Part shown: in pieces, positions 29,601 through 43,719 of the stretch
Numbering within the stretch: the first letter of the stretch is position 1
Layout of the letters: each line of letters begins with the position of its first letter
Position numbers and translations under genes: made by a program
Source: Octopus sinensis
Taxonomy: Eukaryota
Assembly: GCF_006345805.1 (NCBI RefSeq)
Contig: NC_043014.1
Span: forward strand, 18,476,001 to 18,540,000
Length of the DNA: 64,000 nucleotides
Direction: 5' to 3'
The notes under the pieces: model-generated
Told to the model about the DNA's origin: nothing
Databases searched by the model: none
The model's input: the letters and a program-made list of their open reading frames with translations, nothing else

Positions 29601-29889
29601 ACGTAATATGCAGTGGTCAGTGTGAGGCTAAGTCAAACATGGCGAAGCTTGAATGATCTGTTTTTGTTGTTACCGTTTTGTTTCTGAATGTTTTTTTATT
29701 CCTTTTTTGATATTCGCGCACAGTTTGGTAGGGAACAGTTTTACGTTGTACGAGTCGTGCTTGCGCAGTGTGATGCTTAGGAAGTATGATGTTTAGGCAG
29801 TGTGATTTTTAGGAGAGTTTTGCGAAAGAGAGAGGGAGAGACGGAAAGAGAGAGAGGAGAGAGAGCGAGAGAGCGAGAGAGCGATCAGA

Positions 29890-30780
29890 TTCACATCGAG
29901 AAGGATTGTGGATTATTACAATGGCATGAGAAAAGTGTGGGAATAAAAAGTTGTGCTTACTAGGGTAGACATGGATTTGGGAGTGAGAAAAATGGTTGGA
30001 GTAGGGGCAATGGCTTCTGAGGTGTAGAAATGAAGCCTGCGTAGGCTAGGAATTCATGACGTGTTAAGGGAAGTGGATGCAAGGGAGAGGAAGTGAGGGT
30101 GATGGATTTAGTTGCGTGGAACGAATGTGTATAGGAGCGAGTGGGGTTTGTTCTCAGTTAGAGCCATAAAGAGCAAGCGGTTGATGCCATAGATGAATGG
30201 GATAATGGAACAGGAGAGGAGAGTTTTTGAAAGTAGAATGAAGTGCATAGGGTTTGGGAAAATGGTACAGGGCGGCACGGATTTTCGAAAAGTATTGAGG
30301 ATAAAGTCCTGTTATAAGGAGACAGGAAGTTTTGCAGTGGAGAGGTTATTGAGCAAAAGTGGAGAAGCGATGTAATATATAAAGTTGGAGTGTAGATGAA
30401 AGCCACGAAGAATGGGTTGCTGGTTCAGATAAAAATTAACAGATAGCGTGTAACTTGATTGAGCAGGGAGGATGGAAGTTAGAATCAGCTAGGGGAAATT
30501 GCTTAAGGAATATGTGAAGAATGTGGAGACGCATGCTGGTGGAATAAAAAAAAAGAAGAAGCAAAATGTAAGAAAAATACTCAGATATTACGACAACATT
30601 GAATTGGTAAATTGAAAATGTTGAAAACAATATTGGCCCAGATAGATCCAAAATGCGGGGCAAGATCGAATGGTGAGTTGAAAGTACGACAATAAATGAA
30701 GAGAAGAGAATGAACTGACTGGATAAGTTGAGCGTAAAGGTATTAATTAGAATATTAACAATGAGAATAATAAGCAAAGT
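29890..30780 (-). mobile_element. Degenerate CR1/L2-group LINE RT relic
   Basis: GS.LGPILFSTF motif and a C-rich sense strand; heavily disrupted. Confidence 0.45.
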
Positions 30781-31966
30781 CAAATTAACATTTTGTTGTT
30801 GTTCAGTAAAATATTAACAATGTTGAAGCGTCATAGATATTTCGACATTCATCGCCTCTTCAGAAATTTAGATATTTACAAGGAAAATTATAAAGGAACG
30901 AAAGACAAAGCAAGAACAGAGAAGTATATGAATATACATACATTCATGCATGCAAACATACATACTTATACATACATAAAAACATATATACACAACATAT
31001 ATGGGTGTATGTATGTATGTATGTATGTATGTATGTATGTGAGTGTGTGCGCGCATACTGGCGTACACACACATGTATGTGTGTATATACATATATGAAA
31101 CATTTGAGTGATAGATAATCGACCCTAACATCCTCTAGACGTATACATGCATACATACACGCATATATATATATATAAGTATGTGTATGTGTGTGTTTCT
31201 CTATGTGTTTCACTGTTTGTATATATGTATATATATACATATATATATATACATATGTGTGTGTGTATATATATATTTATATATATGTATATATACACAT
31301 TCATATATATGTGCGTATGCAACCTTTATTCACTACTATTCATACACGCATTCTCACACACATATTCATGTATACATACATACATACTTATATGTATGTG
31401 TGTGTGTGCGCGGGTAAGTGTGTGTGTATACATATATACTACACGCGCAGAGGAAGAACGAGAGAAAGAGAGAGACAGGGAGAGACAAAGAAGGAATGTT
31501 TGAGAGATTAAGAGGTAGATTGGCAGTTCGCTAGATAAAAATCGAACATTCACGTAGCATAGAGAAATGACATCACATTTAAGTTTTTTTGACGGCCTTG
31601 CGATTAAGTCGATTAAGAGAAAACGTACAAAGATAGAAGGCACAAGTAGGAAGGCATTGGTGGCAAATTCTTCGAATTACATTAGTGATGAGCAACTGTC
31701 ATTCAATGTCATTGAATATGTCGACAGACTTAGCCTAGTGATCTCCGTCTCTCTCTCTCTTTCCTTCTCTTCCATTCTATATCGCTTTTTCTTTCTCTCT
31801 GTTTCTCCTGCATGCCCTGTGTTTCATCCAATGTTTCTTGTAAGAGTATTGCGGATTTCCAATATATCCGCCATTAGTGTTTTGCCCTTTTACAGAATGT
31901 CGGTTAAGACGTGCTATCACCACTCACTAAGTTATAACTGTCGTGGTGTTCTTGGCAACATAGACG

Positions 31967-32088
<122 letters not shown>

Positions 32089-32231
32089 ATCTATATCATA
32101 TATATATATATATATATATTGGCCTGCTCGCTTAGCCAGCGAGGTGGCATCATTCGAAGGCTAAAACAATGCGAATGCATTGTGACCAGCGATGTGTAGC
32201 AACATCTGATGGTCGGTCACGTGATCACGTG

Positions 32232-32289
<58 letters not shown>

Positions 32290-32291
<2 letters not shown>

Positions 32292-32510
32292 GATATATAT
32301 TCAAAATGTGACCGCGTGTGTACCGTTGGTGATTTTTTTTCCTCCGTCTTCTCTTCTTTGGATCTTTCCTTTTCCTATGTTTCTGACGAAGAGCTCCGCT
32401 CGAAAAGTTAAACCATCCTTCTTTCCTTCGTTCCTGAGCGTCCAATAATACTATACTTGTTCCATGTCCTCGCGTTTTTGTGTTTTCTCTTTGTGTTTTC
32501 ATGTTTAGAT

Positions 32511-32515
<5 letters not shown>
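32290..32515 (+). mobile_element. (TA)n-flanked mini-element with a hammerhead-like motif at 32379-32413
   Basis: gttt-CTGACGA-a-GAGC-tcc-GCTC-GAAA-agtt-aaac. Confidence 0.65.
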
Positions 32516-32565
<50 letters not shown>

Positions 32566-34374
32566 ATATATATATATAAATATAGTGTGTGCATATTAAA
32601 CCAGCAAGGGGAAGCTGCTGACCTCCCCTGTTTGAAGGTTGTAATGGACACAGGTTTGTGTGTCACATAACTAGCTAGAGACGATGGCTCCTTAAAGCTA
32701 ATCAACGGCAGCATTCATCCTATTTTCCTGGAATGCTATGTTAGCTTGGCGATAACTATTAATATATATATATATAAATGAATAGATGCATTGTAAATAA
32801 ACAACGACAGATAACAAACATATACGTATAAGACCAAACCAGACTGGTAATACTCAGTTTTGAACCTTTAATGATGAGACTGAAGGGCGTCCCAGCTTGA
32901 CAGTGCCTGTGAAAGACGCAGAGAATCGGACCTCAAGCAATCGAAAGGCCTTAGATTGGACATACGAAAGTAAAAAATGTAGGTTGAAAGACAGTCATTG
33001 GTTTCAAATTTAACCAATATTTTGCCATTAATGATACTGAAATTCAGATTTGTCTTTTATATCTGAACCTTCAGTATCACGCAGGAACAAAAATAATGAA
33101 TCTTTTAATATTCACCTTGAAGAACGTGCACCTCGCATATAACGTATAGAAATTCTAAACAAAAGCGAAGAAATGATGAAATATAGGCACGAAATTTCCT
33201 AACAACTGTATAAATTTATAAGCAATGAAATTTTGTCGTGCAGAAAGTCGCACCTCTTTTCACTTAAACAAGTAAAAAGAAGATTGAATATAGATAAACA
33301 TATGTATTTAGTATCAGGTATAACTGATCTGGAACAGCCACGGGATGGTTATGACTGTGAAGCTTTATGTAATTTATCTGTTTGGCAAAGTTTGACTAGT
33401 GATTTAGAAATAGCAAGAACATTGCATACAATATATAAAGTAAAAATGGCGATCAAAAGGATGGTAGCGGAAATAAGGAAGAAAGATAACCATTAATTCA
33501 ATTACTTTTGTAATCTTACACACCAAAGGGAATAATGCAATATATATAGGGAAATATCGTTTACAGTACAATAAGCAAACAAGTACGAAACTAAATGGTA
33601 TTTCTAATACCATAGACATTTTAGGAAGCGATTTTAGAGATTGTCATGCCAGAAAAATTCTGAAAGGAACCGATTCATTTATATATCGTTCGCAAGGCGA
33701 AATTATATCCTCTTTCTCAATGAAAAATTTGGTGGCTTCAGCTTCCAAATTTTCCCTTGTGTTATATCAGTGCTACGTTTGATGTATTATTTTATGATGA
33801 TTTAGTCACTTACAGTAGTATGACATGCCATAAGCAAATTTTGTTATAAATATTAAAGAATCGGAAAAAGTGAGAATGCAAAAAATGATATAAAACTCTG
33901 TATTCTGTAGAGGGAATGTCCTTCACATTATCACCCCCTATCATTTCAGTAACAAAAAGGAAAGATGCATTAAATAATGTGACCTTAGATCGAGTATTTG
34001 GTCAGGGCAGGTTGTATTTGATACTTGCATTATGTAATCCACTACAACCGTTCACGTGATCTGGTAATCTTTGAACTAAGCTGATTTCTAATCTGCTTTG
34101 TTTGATGAGGTGCTCATGGAGGTTCCAAGAAAATTAAAACTAAAACTACACGACGATTGGAAAGGGATTACAAATGGGTCCAGTAAAATGGGTAGACCAA
34201 TATATATTCCTGAGGATTTCATAGCACCGAGTTCAATTACTAAATTACAGATGTGCTAACAGTGACGATGTTACTATTAAACAGTTAGCGGTACATACAT
34301 GCACGCGCACGAATTAACTCATATACTCACAAAAACACTATCACACATACAAATATAAATATAATTGATATTTC

Positions 34375-34580
34375 ATTTTCTTCAGTTTCAATTATTGGAC
34401 TGCGGCCATTCTGTGGCACAACTTTGAAGGGTTTTAGCCGAAAAAGTTCTCAACACTACATTTACATTTTAAGACTGGTACATCTATCGATGTCTTATGG
34501 TGTACCACTAACTTACGAAGACGTAAATAAATCAGCCGATGTCAAGCAAGGATGTAAGTGTAGCAAATTCAACAAAGACA
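34375..34580 (-). mobile_element. SINE 3' half
   Basis: ttcagtttcaattattggactgcggccat...gatgtcaagc. Confidence 0.55.
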
Positions 34581-34785
34581 CACACGCACGCACACATACG
34601 CACACACATACACACACACACACACACGCGCGCGCACACACACACAAACGCACATACGCACATGCAAACGCAAACGCTCACGCGAGCGTACGAATGCTTG
34701 TAATCTAACTACACATCAGTAAAAAAGTGCTTCTGAAACGGCTGGAGTGCAACTTTAAAGCATTTGTGTTCATATATACATACAT

Positions 34786-34816
<31 letters not shown>

Positions 34817-35399
34817 TACGTACATACATATATACACACACATACATGCACACACATACATACACACACATATATTAAAGATAAAAATAGAGGACGGAAT
34901 GTATCAACAAAAGAATTCATATTACCCCAACAATTGTTTCATATTGAAGAGGCAATGCTCCTTGAAATAAAGATTTCGATACGATATTGTGTTTAACACA
35001 TATTTTCTTAACCCCAATTTTTTAAAACTTGCATTGGATTTATATACATACATATATATATATATATATTATAGTAATATATATAATCAGGTAATCAGAT
35101 TCAGAAGAAATGTGAGATACAGATATTTATTCCACATGTTTATATGTGTTTCATCACTTTGTAATCAGCATCAAGGCGCTCTGCAGTCATTTAATTATCC
35201 ATAAAGGTATACAGATCTTACTGTATTGTAGCATAATGAATATGATTATTTATTAGAATATTTTAAGCCATTAAATATTTTGTCCTGCCGAATTAAGCTC
35301 GGTCTAGGGTGTATCCAACATATTTTCTGATAGAGTTTGTTGTGAGTACTGCTTGATTCTTTGAATTTCTATTTGTAGCAGTTATATATATATATATTT

Positions 35400-35585
35400 A
35401 TATATGTATAAGGTTGAAAAGGAACACAGGTGTTGATATGTATAAGGAAAAAAGTCAAGATAGAAAATGCTAAAATAATTTTGCCATAAAAACATTTTAG
35501 TACCGGTTTCAGTCATTGAGACTTGTTCAACTCTAAGTATGGAAAACAATTAAATTTTGGAAAAATTGAATGAAAAGTTTATATA
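35400..35585 (-). mobile_element. Mini-element with a variant hammerhead-like motif (35497-35536)
   Basis: ttag-ag-TTGAACA-AGTC-tcaat-GACT-GAAA-CCGGTA-ctaa; the core is altered. Confidence 0.35.
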
Positions 35586-36348
35586 CATATTAACACACTT
35601 CTTTTGATGCATGCGGGAAAATAAGATGATGCGCCTAACATTTACTTGAGTTTCAGTTTATTTCTATCAGTTTGTCTTAAGAAGCAGGTGAACGCCTAAG
35701 GGCTCGTAACCTTGTGGAGTCTCTCCGGTCAACAGTGTATGATAATGTTGATTTTTAACTTAACATCTATACCTTATCACGAATCACTGTGGCAGTTGTA
35801 GAGGTTACTAGATAGAGTATAAAGTACGAATGTGGACAAGAGTTTAAAATGTATTAATCTAATGAGATTGACCAGCCAATTGGCTAACGTACATTAATTA
35901 GGATGCATTCTAAATGCTAGTACCTAAGTTATCTGACATTTTTGTGAGCAGTACATTATTATCAATCGCAACAGTTCAGAATACTTCTCGTGCTTGCAAA
36001 AGAAAATCAGACATTGGATTTCAGTTTGAAACCTCATCCCGATATCTTGCAAGATTGGGAGAGTTAGTAATGCATACCGTCAGTTTTTCATATGTAGCAA
36101 ATGTACATTGCTGTATAGTTTCTTTCACGGCCATTCTTCCCTGCATGTCTAGTTACTGTATCTCAGTGATGCTGAACGAGAACTAAATTTTGGAATTAAA
36201 ACAGAGATGAATGTATGTCGATTTACTACTCAAAAAGAGCGATAGCTTTTAAGGAAGTGGGGAAAAGAGGATGGCGAAATGTGCAGTTTCAGCGGTTGAG
36301 AATAATGTTAACGAACTTAGTAACTGATTTTTAGTGATGTATATATAT

Positions 36349-36418
<70 letters not shown>

Positions 36419-36429
36419 CATATTATATA

Positions 36430-36705
36430 TATAGTTAATCCATGTACGCCTATTGAAGATTTACAAACATACTTTCCCAAACATACTTTCTACCATTATA
36501 GAAAATACCAAATGTTTTTTCTCAAACCTTTTATAATGAGATACAAGTCTTTGGTGTAGCAATTGTACGCGGCTGAAGAAGGCTTTTGAACTATCTGTTA
36601 TGTCTATTATGCATTGATGTAAGAATAAGTTGTTCTATAAAGCCCGAAACATATGTACCGCAACATCTTTTGTGTCCTGTTTTTCATTTATTTCATTTGA
36701 TACAT
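36430..36705 (+). mobile_element. (TA)n-flanked mini-element carrying a hammerhead ribozyme
   Basis: See the motif at 36569-36661; (TA)n on both sides. Confidence 0.6.
36569..36661 (+). ncRNA. Type-I hammerhead ribozyme candidate
   Basis: Stem I gcgg/ccgc; core CTGAAGA; stem II ggcttt...aaagcc; GAAA; palindromic stem III ACATATGT; GUA cleavage triplet (cut after 36657). Confidence 0.7.
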
Positions 36706-36757
36706 ACATATGTATATATATACATATATATATATAAATGTTTATATATATATGTAT

Positions 36758-36801
<44 letters not shown>

Positions 36802-37159
36802 TATATAATACATAAACCACGCGCATACACATACATACATACATACATGCATACATACATACATACATACATGCATACATGCATACACTGTTGTTGATGC
36901 TGAAATTCGAATGGAGGAACCTTGGATCGAGGTTAGAAACCGGCTCTTTCTCTATTGGAAATAAAACTGATCACTGACATACATACACACATACGTATAT
37001 ATATGTTATATTTGGATGCGCAATGCAAGTGATATTTTGTGTAGATTATGTTTAAGTTGGTGTATATATGATGTATAATAAAACTGTTTTTATTTTTTTT
37101 ATGTTTGATGTAGTCGATACGATTGAGATACAATTTGATGATTGATAATTGATGAGTTT

Positions 37160-37372
37160 AAGGCGATCTGTTGACGGAATCGTTAGCACGCCGGGCAAAA
37201 TATTTAGAGGCATTTCATTCGTCATTACTTTCGGAGTTGAAATTCCGCCGAGGCCGACTTTGCTTTTCATCTTCTCGGGGTCGATAAAATAATTATCAGT
37301 CGAACGCTGGGTCGATGGTAACGACTAGCCCCCTCCCTTGAAATTACTGGCCTTGTGACAAAATGTCAAACC
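37160..37372 (+). mobile_element. Second SINE-like family copy
   Basis: aaggcg...gaatcgttagcacgccgggc...gaaattccgccgaggccgactttgc...ggggtcgataaa. Confidence 0.75.
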
Positions 37373-38725
37373 AATACTTAATATGTTTGGTATCCATTTA
37401 ATTATGAAATGATGTTAATTTTTAGTTTGATGTATGATTCAATTGGCGTGAAGTCGCATGTTTGGAATAGTTGATCCTTAATTTGTCATTTGGGATGTTT
37501 GAAGTTTGAGATGGTTGGCTTTCAGATCGTTATTTCACATATTTAATGATCGAGGAGCCTGCCGTTTAGTCTGCTATATGGAATGGTTGATGTTGTAGAT
37601 GGTTTGCGTCTAGTTTGTTGTTTAAAATGTGTAATGTTTAATATAGTTTGTGTTCAGTTTGTAGTTTCAAATGTCTCATGTTCGAAATGGTTGACATCCA
37701 GTTTATCGTTTGAAATGTTTGAGGATAGAAATGGTTGGCATCCAGTTTGTTGTTTCAAATGTTTGATACTTTCCATACTGTTTGATGTCCTGATTTTATG
37801 TGTATGTGGCTAGTGTCCAGGTTAAAGTAGATGTCTGATGAAGCACATGTGCAGTGGTATCCTGTCTAATGTCTCGTTTGAAATAGATTCACATTGGCTT
37901 TCATCGTGGAATTTGATACGTATATGTACAGATAAATATTTTCGTTTCAACCGAGTAATACAAGTTGCCTGGTGCACTCATTTCACTAGAATATTCGCGT
38001 GTCAAAGAAAGAGAATATTATTCTTATGCAAATTAGCAAAAACAAAAACCAGAAAGAACACAAAAAAGACGGCCATATCTAATCAATTGTTCTGTTAGAA
38101 TGTGTTTTTAAAGTAATGCAGTTTCTACAAGATGCCTGCAGGCTTTCGGTGAAGTGAAAAGCTGGCGCCAGTTCTATCAGTTCACTGAAAGAATATTTGA
38201 AGCGTCGAGCTTCAAGAAAATTGGAAATTCAATATGCAATAGAGATTGAACATAAAAATATCACATATGATTATAATGAAAATGAGAAGGAGTGAGAAGA
38301 CGATGTGCATATACGTTCATATGTGCACATACATTACATTCATTTATATAGGTAGATGCTGATATGTTTACATATACATATATCTATGTATGTATATATA
38401 TGTATATATATATATATATAAGTATATATATAAATATATATATACATATATATTTTTACATATCTCTCTATATATATATACACAAACATACAGACATATA
38501 CTCATATATATGTATGTATATATATCTATATATATATATATGGATGTATAGATAAATAGAAAGATTTTGAGAGAGAGGTATTCAAGAAAAATGAATAAGG
38601 GAACAAAGATATACGAAGATAAAATGGAGAGCCAAGAAGAAATCAGATAGGAATATATGAACATCTGTGTGTGCATAAGTGTGTGCGCGTGCGCGTATAT
38701 ATATATGTGTGTATGCGTGTGTGTG

Positions 38726-38771
<46 letters not shown>

Positions 38772-38775
<4 letters not shown>

Positions 38776-39392
38776 AATATATATATTTGTATTAACGATA
38801 TGTATATATAAATACACGGACACATGTATATTGCCATGAGGCAAAGGTGCCTGTAAATTCCAAATAGTATTCAATGCGCTTGTTCTAGAGTATAATATAT
38901 ACGTACATATATACATACATACATACAAGATGCATAAACACATATATATATGTATGTGTGTATGTATGTATGCATATATGTATGTATGTAAGCATTAGGT
39001 ATGTATGTATGTATGTATACAAATACCTTTTGCAAACGTAGACCTGTTAAGAAACTATAAAAGTTAATATCTGTGTGGTAAATGATTTCGAGCTTAAGAT
39101 CGACTGCCTGGCTGCTTGGGCAATTGCCTCCTGTTATAGCGCCAGGACAACTGAAACCTCACAAATGGATTGGTAGCTGAAACTTAAAGAAGCTTGTCCC
39201 CCTCTCTCTCTTTTCTCTTTCTGGCTCTCTGTTTCCCTGTCTGTCTGTCTCTCTCACTATCTCTATGTATATATACATATGCATATATGTATGTAGACAT
39301 ACACACACAAACGCGTAATATACACACACACACATATATATATATGTGTGTGTGTACGTATATATATATATATTATATATATGTATATATAT

Positions 39393-39426
<34 letters not shown>

Positions 39427-40014
39427 CATAAATATATATATTTGTATTAACGATATGTATATATAAATACACGGACACATGTATATTGCCATGAGGCAAA
39501 GGTGCCTGTAAATTCCAAATAGTATTCAATGCGCTTGTTCTAGAGTATAATATATACGTACATATATACATACATACATACAAGATGCATAAACACATAT
39601 ATATATGTATGTGTGTATGTATGTATGCATATATGTATGTATGTAAGCATTAGGTATGTATGTATGTATGTATACAAATACCTTTTGCAAACGTAGACCT
39701 GTTAAGAAACTATAAAAGTTAATATCTGTGTGGTAAATGATTTCGAGCTTAAGATCGACTGCCTGGCTGCTTGGGCAATTGCCTCCTGTTATAGCGCCAG
39801 GACAACTGAAACCTCACAAATGGATTTGGTAGCTGAAACTTAAAGAAGCTTATCCCCCTCTCTCTCTTTTCTCTTTCTGGCTCTCTGTTTCCCTGTCTGT
39901 CTGTCTCTCTCACTATCTCTATGTATATATACATATGCATATATGTATGTAGACATACACACACAAACGCGTAAATATACACACACACACATATATATAT
40001 ATGTGTGTGTGTAC

Positions 40015-40070
<56 letters not shown>
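38772..40070 (+). repeat. Tandem direct duplication, ~655-bp unit, including a degenerate SINE piece
   Basis: ccatgaggcaaagg at 38834 and 39489. The copies differ mainly by 1-bp indels and the junctions lie in (TA)n. Confidence 0.92.
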
Positions 40071-40072
<2 letters not shown>

Positions 40073-40797
40073 TCGCATGTCTGGATGTACGTATATGGGT
40101 GTGTGTATATATGACACGGAAACAGTTACTTGATTTATGGATAAATGATATATAGAGAGACAAAAAACAAAATTAAATAAAATGCTACAATCGAAAAAGC
40201 TGTGATTACAGGAGAATGAAAGCAACTATGGAACATAATTAGCGAAAACTAAAAATGAAACACGCAATTGTAAAACTATAGAAATTAACATCAATTGGAG
40301 GAACCACAATTGCTACTATACATATTTACATGTGAGATTATATAAAAGTAATGTGCGACAACATAACGCCCTCATATGCTGAAATAAAAACTGCTCAGAA
40401 ATTCAAAAATTCACAACAAAATGAAGTGAATTACTATAGAACACTTGCAAACTATGAAAATGGACGAACAGACCAGAATAGACCAAGGGAAATAGTGTAA
40501 CAATAATATCAGACCTGTCGACAACTAAAAGCTTTCCTTGTGACAAAATAGAAACGAAAGGCACTATAAATGATTCAGAAAGCAACATTTCCAACCTATA
40601 AGGAAAGAAAAGAGAAAGATTTGATGAAATTTTAAAATAATAGATCCAAAAATTCTATTATTTACTGCGTTGAAGCCTATTTAATTGTTGGACCAACATG
40701 AAACACAGCAATAAGGCAATTCGAAATAATTGTGAAACCATTGTGAAAATTGTGGCCTAGTTTATTCAATAAAATATAAATGAGTAACAAAGACGTA

Positions 40798-41936
40798 CAG
40801 GTTACAATTCATTACGGCTGTTTCAAGCGGCTCCCTAAATTGATTAATGAAAACATTACATCATTTGAAAGAAACCGTCCTCTTCAGATGACCTCATAGA
40901 CTTCAAACATAAAGGATACAATAATTTCCTTACCATATTCACATCAATAATGTGTTCAATTGCCCAAATTGGTTTAAGTTGTGTATCCAGATGTACTCCT
41001 TTATACATTTCGTTTAGCTCTAATTTAATCATCCTATATATTGGATACCATCTTTTACGATATCTTATTTTATCCACACGTAATGAAGAGAATAGTTCTT
41101 AGATTAGTTTAAAATATACAATGTATTTCTATTCATATGATAATTTAATCCCATTATACACTCATTATAAATTGTTTTTATCATGATCTTCTATACACCA
41201 TGTTTTAGAAAAATCTCAATAGTTTTTCTTATATATTGAAGCATCCTATTATTAGGTTTATATTAATTTAGATTTTCTCAATTTAATATTATATTTCACT
41301 ACCCACTGTATCCTTCAATTCTAAATTCCACCCCTAAAGTTTATATTGCTTAACCCTTTTGATTTTCCATTATATTCCCCTTTAATATGATAATCAAAAT
41401 AAGTAGTGACCGCACCTATCCTTCTTTATTCCATTTATCACCCCTTCTCCGTCAGGCATTCCCCTACTATTCACCATGCAGCCTGTCCTTTTATTTAGAT
41501 AAAGCTAGATATATGGTTCCCGGAGATTGAGAATCTAGCAGATTGTCTGATATTAACTGATTTATCACCATTAACTAGAACTCAGTTGATAACTCAAAAT
41601 AGATTTGATTCAAGATGATTGAATCAACATAAAATCTTCTAAATATAAGTAACTATGTCACCATTCTTTATCCTGACTTCTAATATTTCTTTTGCCAGTC
41701 TCTAAATTATAGTAGATTTAACAAGGTATGCATCATTTTCTAAACTCATTCTGCCACAGACAAAAGAAACAATATAAATATTTTGAGTTCCCTTATTGAT
41801 GTGAATATGCTAAGGAAATGGCTGTATCCTTTATATTTGAAATCTATGCGGTCATCTGAAGAGGACGGTTTCTTTCAAATGATGTAATGATAAATTAAAG
41901 AGGTAACTAGAAACGGCCGTAATGAATTGACACCTG
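40798..41936. mobile_element. Tc1/mariner-type non-autonomous element with ~150-bp terminal inverted repeats and TA target duplication
   Basis: TA|CAGG at 40796-40801 and CCTG|TA at 41933-41938; arms 40798-40950 and 41793-41936. Confidence 0.8.
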
Positions 41937-41973
41937 TACATCTTTGTTACTCATTTATATATTTGTATATATG

Positions 41974-42037
<64 letters not shown>

Positions 42038-42452
42038 CGTGTGTGTGCGTCTGTGGGTATTACTGAAGCTGTATTATGTAAAACTGTAGCGAAAAAGAGA
42101 GCGTGTGGCCAAAAATAGAGAAAGAAAGACAAATATAAATATAGGTAAAAATATAAATACACAGAAATTATGCATACACCGGACTATATTTCTTATCTGC
42201 AATATTTCTCTGCAGACGTTACACATTATATATTTAAATAAAAATGCAGTATTCTTTAGTTAATGATATCTTAGCATGAAGCTCAATTGCTGAATAGAAT
42301 ATATTTATGACTATTGACGACGGGTGAAGGAAATAAAAAATTGCTCATTCACGTGGCGATAGACACACAAAGACACTCACACGCACAAAACACGTACCCC
42401 TACTCTGTCACACACACAAACACACACACACACGCACACACGCACTCACACG

Positions 42453-42488
<36 letters not shown>

Positions 42489-42830
42489 GGCGCAGGTGTG
42501 GCTGTGTGGTAAGTAGCTTGTTTCTCAATCTCATGGTTCCGGGTTCACTACCACTGCGGGGCACCTTGGGCAAGTGTCTTGTACTATAGCCTCGGACCGA
42601 CCAAAGCCTTGAGTGTGTGTATGTGTGCGTATGTGTTTGTTCCCCAAACATCGCTTGAAAACTGAATGCTGGTGTGTTTACCTTCCCGTAAGCTAGCGGT
42701 TCGGCAAAAGAAACTGATAGAACAAGTACTAGATTTACAAAGAATAAGTCTTGGGGTCGATTTGCTCGACTAAAGGTTTCGAATGATCCAACATGGCCGC
42801 AGTTAAATGACTGAAACTAGTAAAAGAATA
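42489..42830 (+). mobile_element. Dominant-family SINE
   Basis: ggcgcaggtgtggctgtgtggtaagtagcttg...ggggtcgatttgctcgactaaagg...tgactgaaac. Confidence 0.9.
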
Positions 42831-42839
42831 CTAGAATAT

Positions 42840-42888
<49 letters not shown>

Positions 42889-43278
42889 GTGTCAGTCATA
42901 CGAACAAAAGTTAAAGAATTCAATAAATATTAGGTATAAAATATTTTACGAAAAACAGAGACATTGAAATTAACTGTTCGCTGACAAGCTAATAGTTTCT
43001 TGGGGAATTCATATGAGCAGTTTCACGGCAGAACAATAATGAAGTGCGTTTTTAAAATCGAAAACTTTGCTCTGCGGATCTACTTAGAATGTCAGCGAAT
43101 AGTTAGATGTATGTATTCTTCTAACATTACACCCACAACACACACACATTCACACACATATTCAAACACATTCACGAACATTCCCACACACACGCAGGCA
43201 CGCAGGCACGCAGGCACGCACACACGCAGGCGCGCAAGCAGTACACGCACGCATGCACATACGCACACACAGGCACAG

Positions 43279-43315
<37 letters not shown>

Positions 43316-43680
43316 TACTCGCACGCATACGCACGCGCACGCATACACATGCACACAGACACAGAAATTCAGGCAACCGAAGTTTCGGGCTTTAATAACT
43401 ATCAATGAATGTGATAAGATATGAAAATTATACATCATTATTTCTTTCAGACTAAATAAATTCAGATTTATAAATTAGATAATTGCTACAGGTCGAAATA
43501 TAATCATAATCCTCTCCCAAAGGCTATAGCAAAAGAGCTTAAAATTAACCGAACAATACAATGGAAAATTGGCAAGAAATTTCGGGAAACTTGTTCCACC
43601 ACGGATCGGCATGGACGTGGCCGAAAAAGAAGTGTGCGGATCCCCCAGATTATCAAAAGAACTAGAGAAAAGATACGGCA

Positions 43681-43719
<39 letters not shown>

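Noticed and set aside
33233-34260. Short protein-like frames (87-aa ORF; MEVPRKLKL...)
   Set aside because: No recognisable motifs or consistent splice sites.
36905-36950. Hammerhead-like gaaaccggctc motif; similar weak cases at 4401-4440 and 23585-23615
   Set aside because: The CUGANGA core and/or stems are too degenerate to call.
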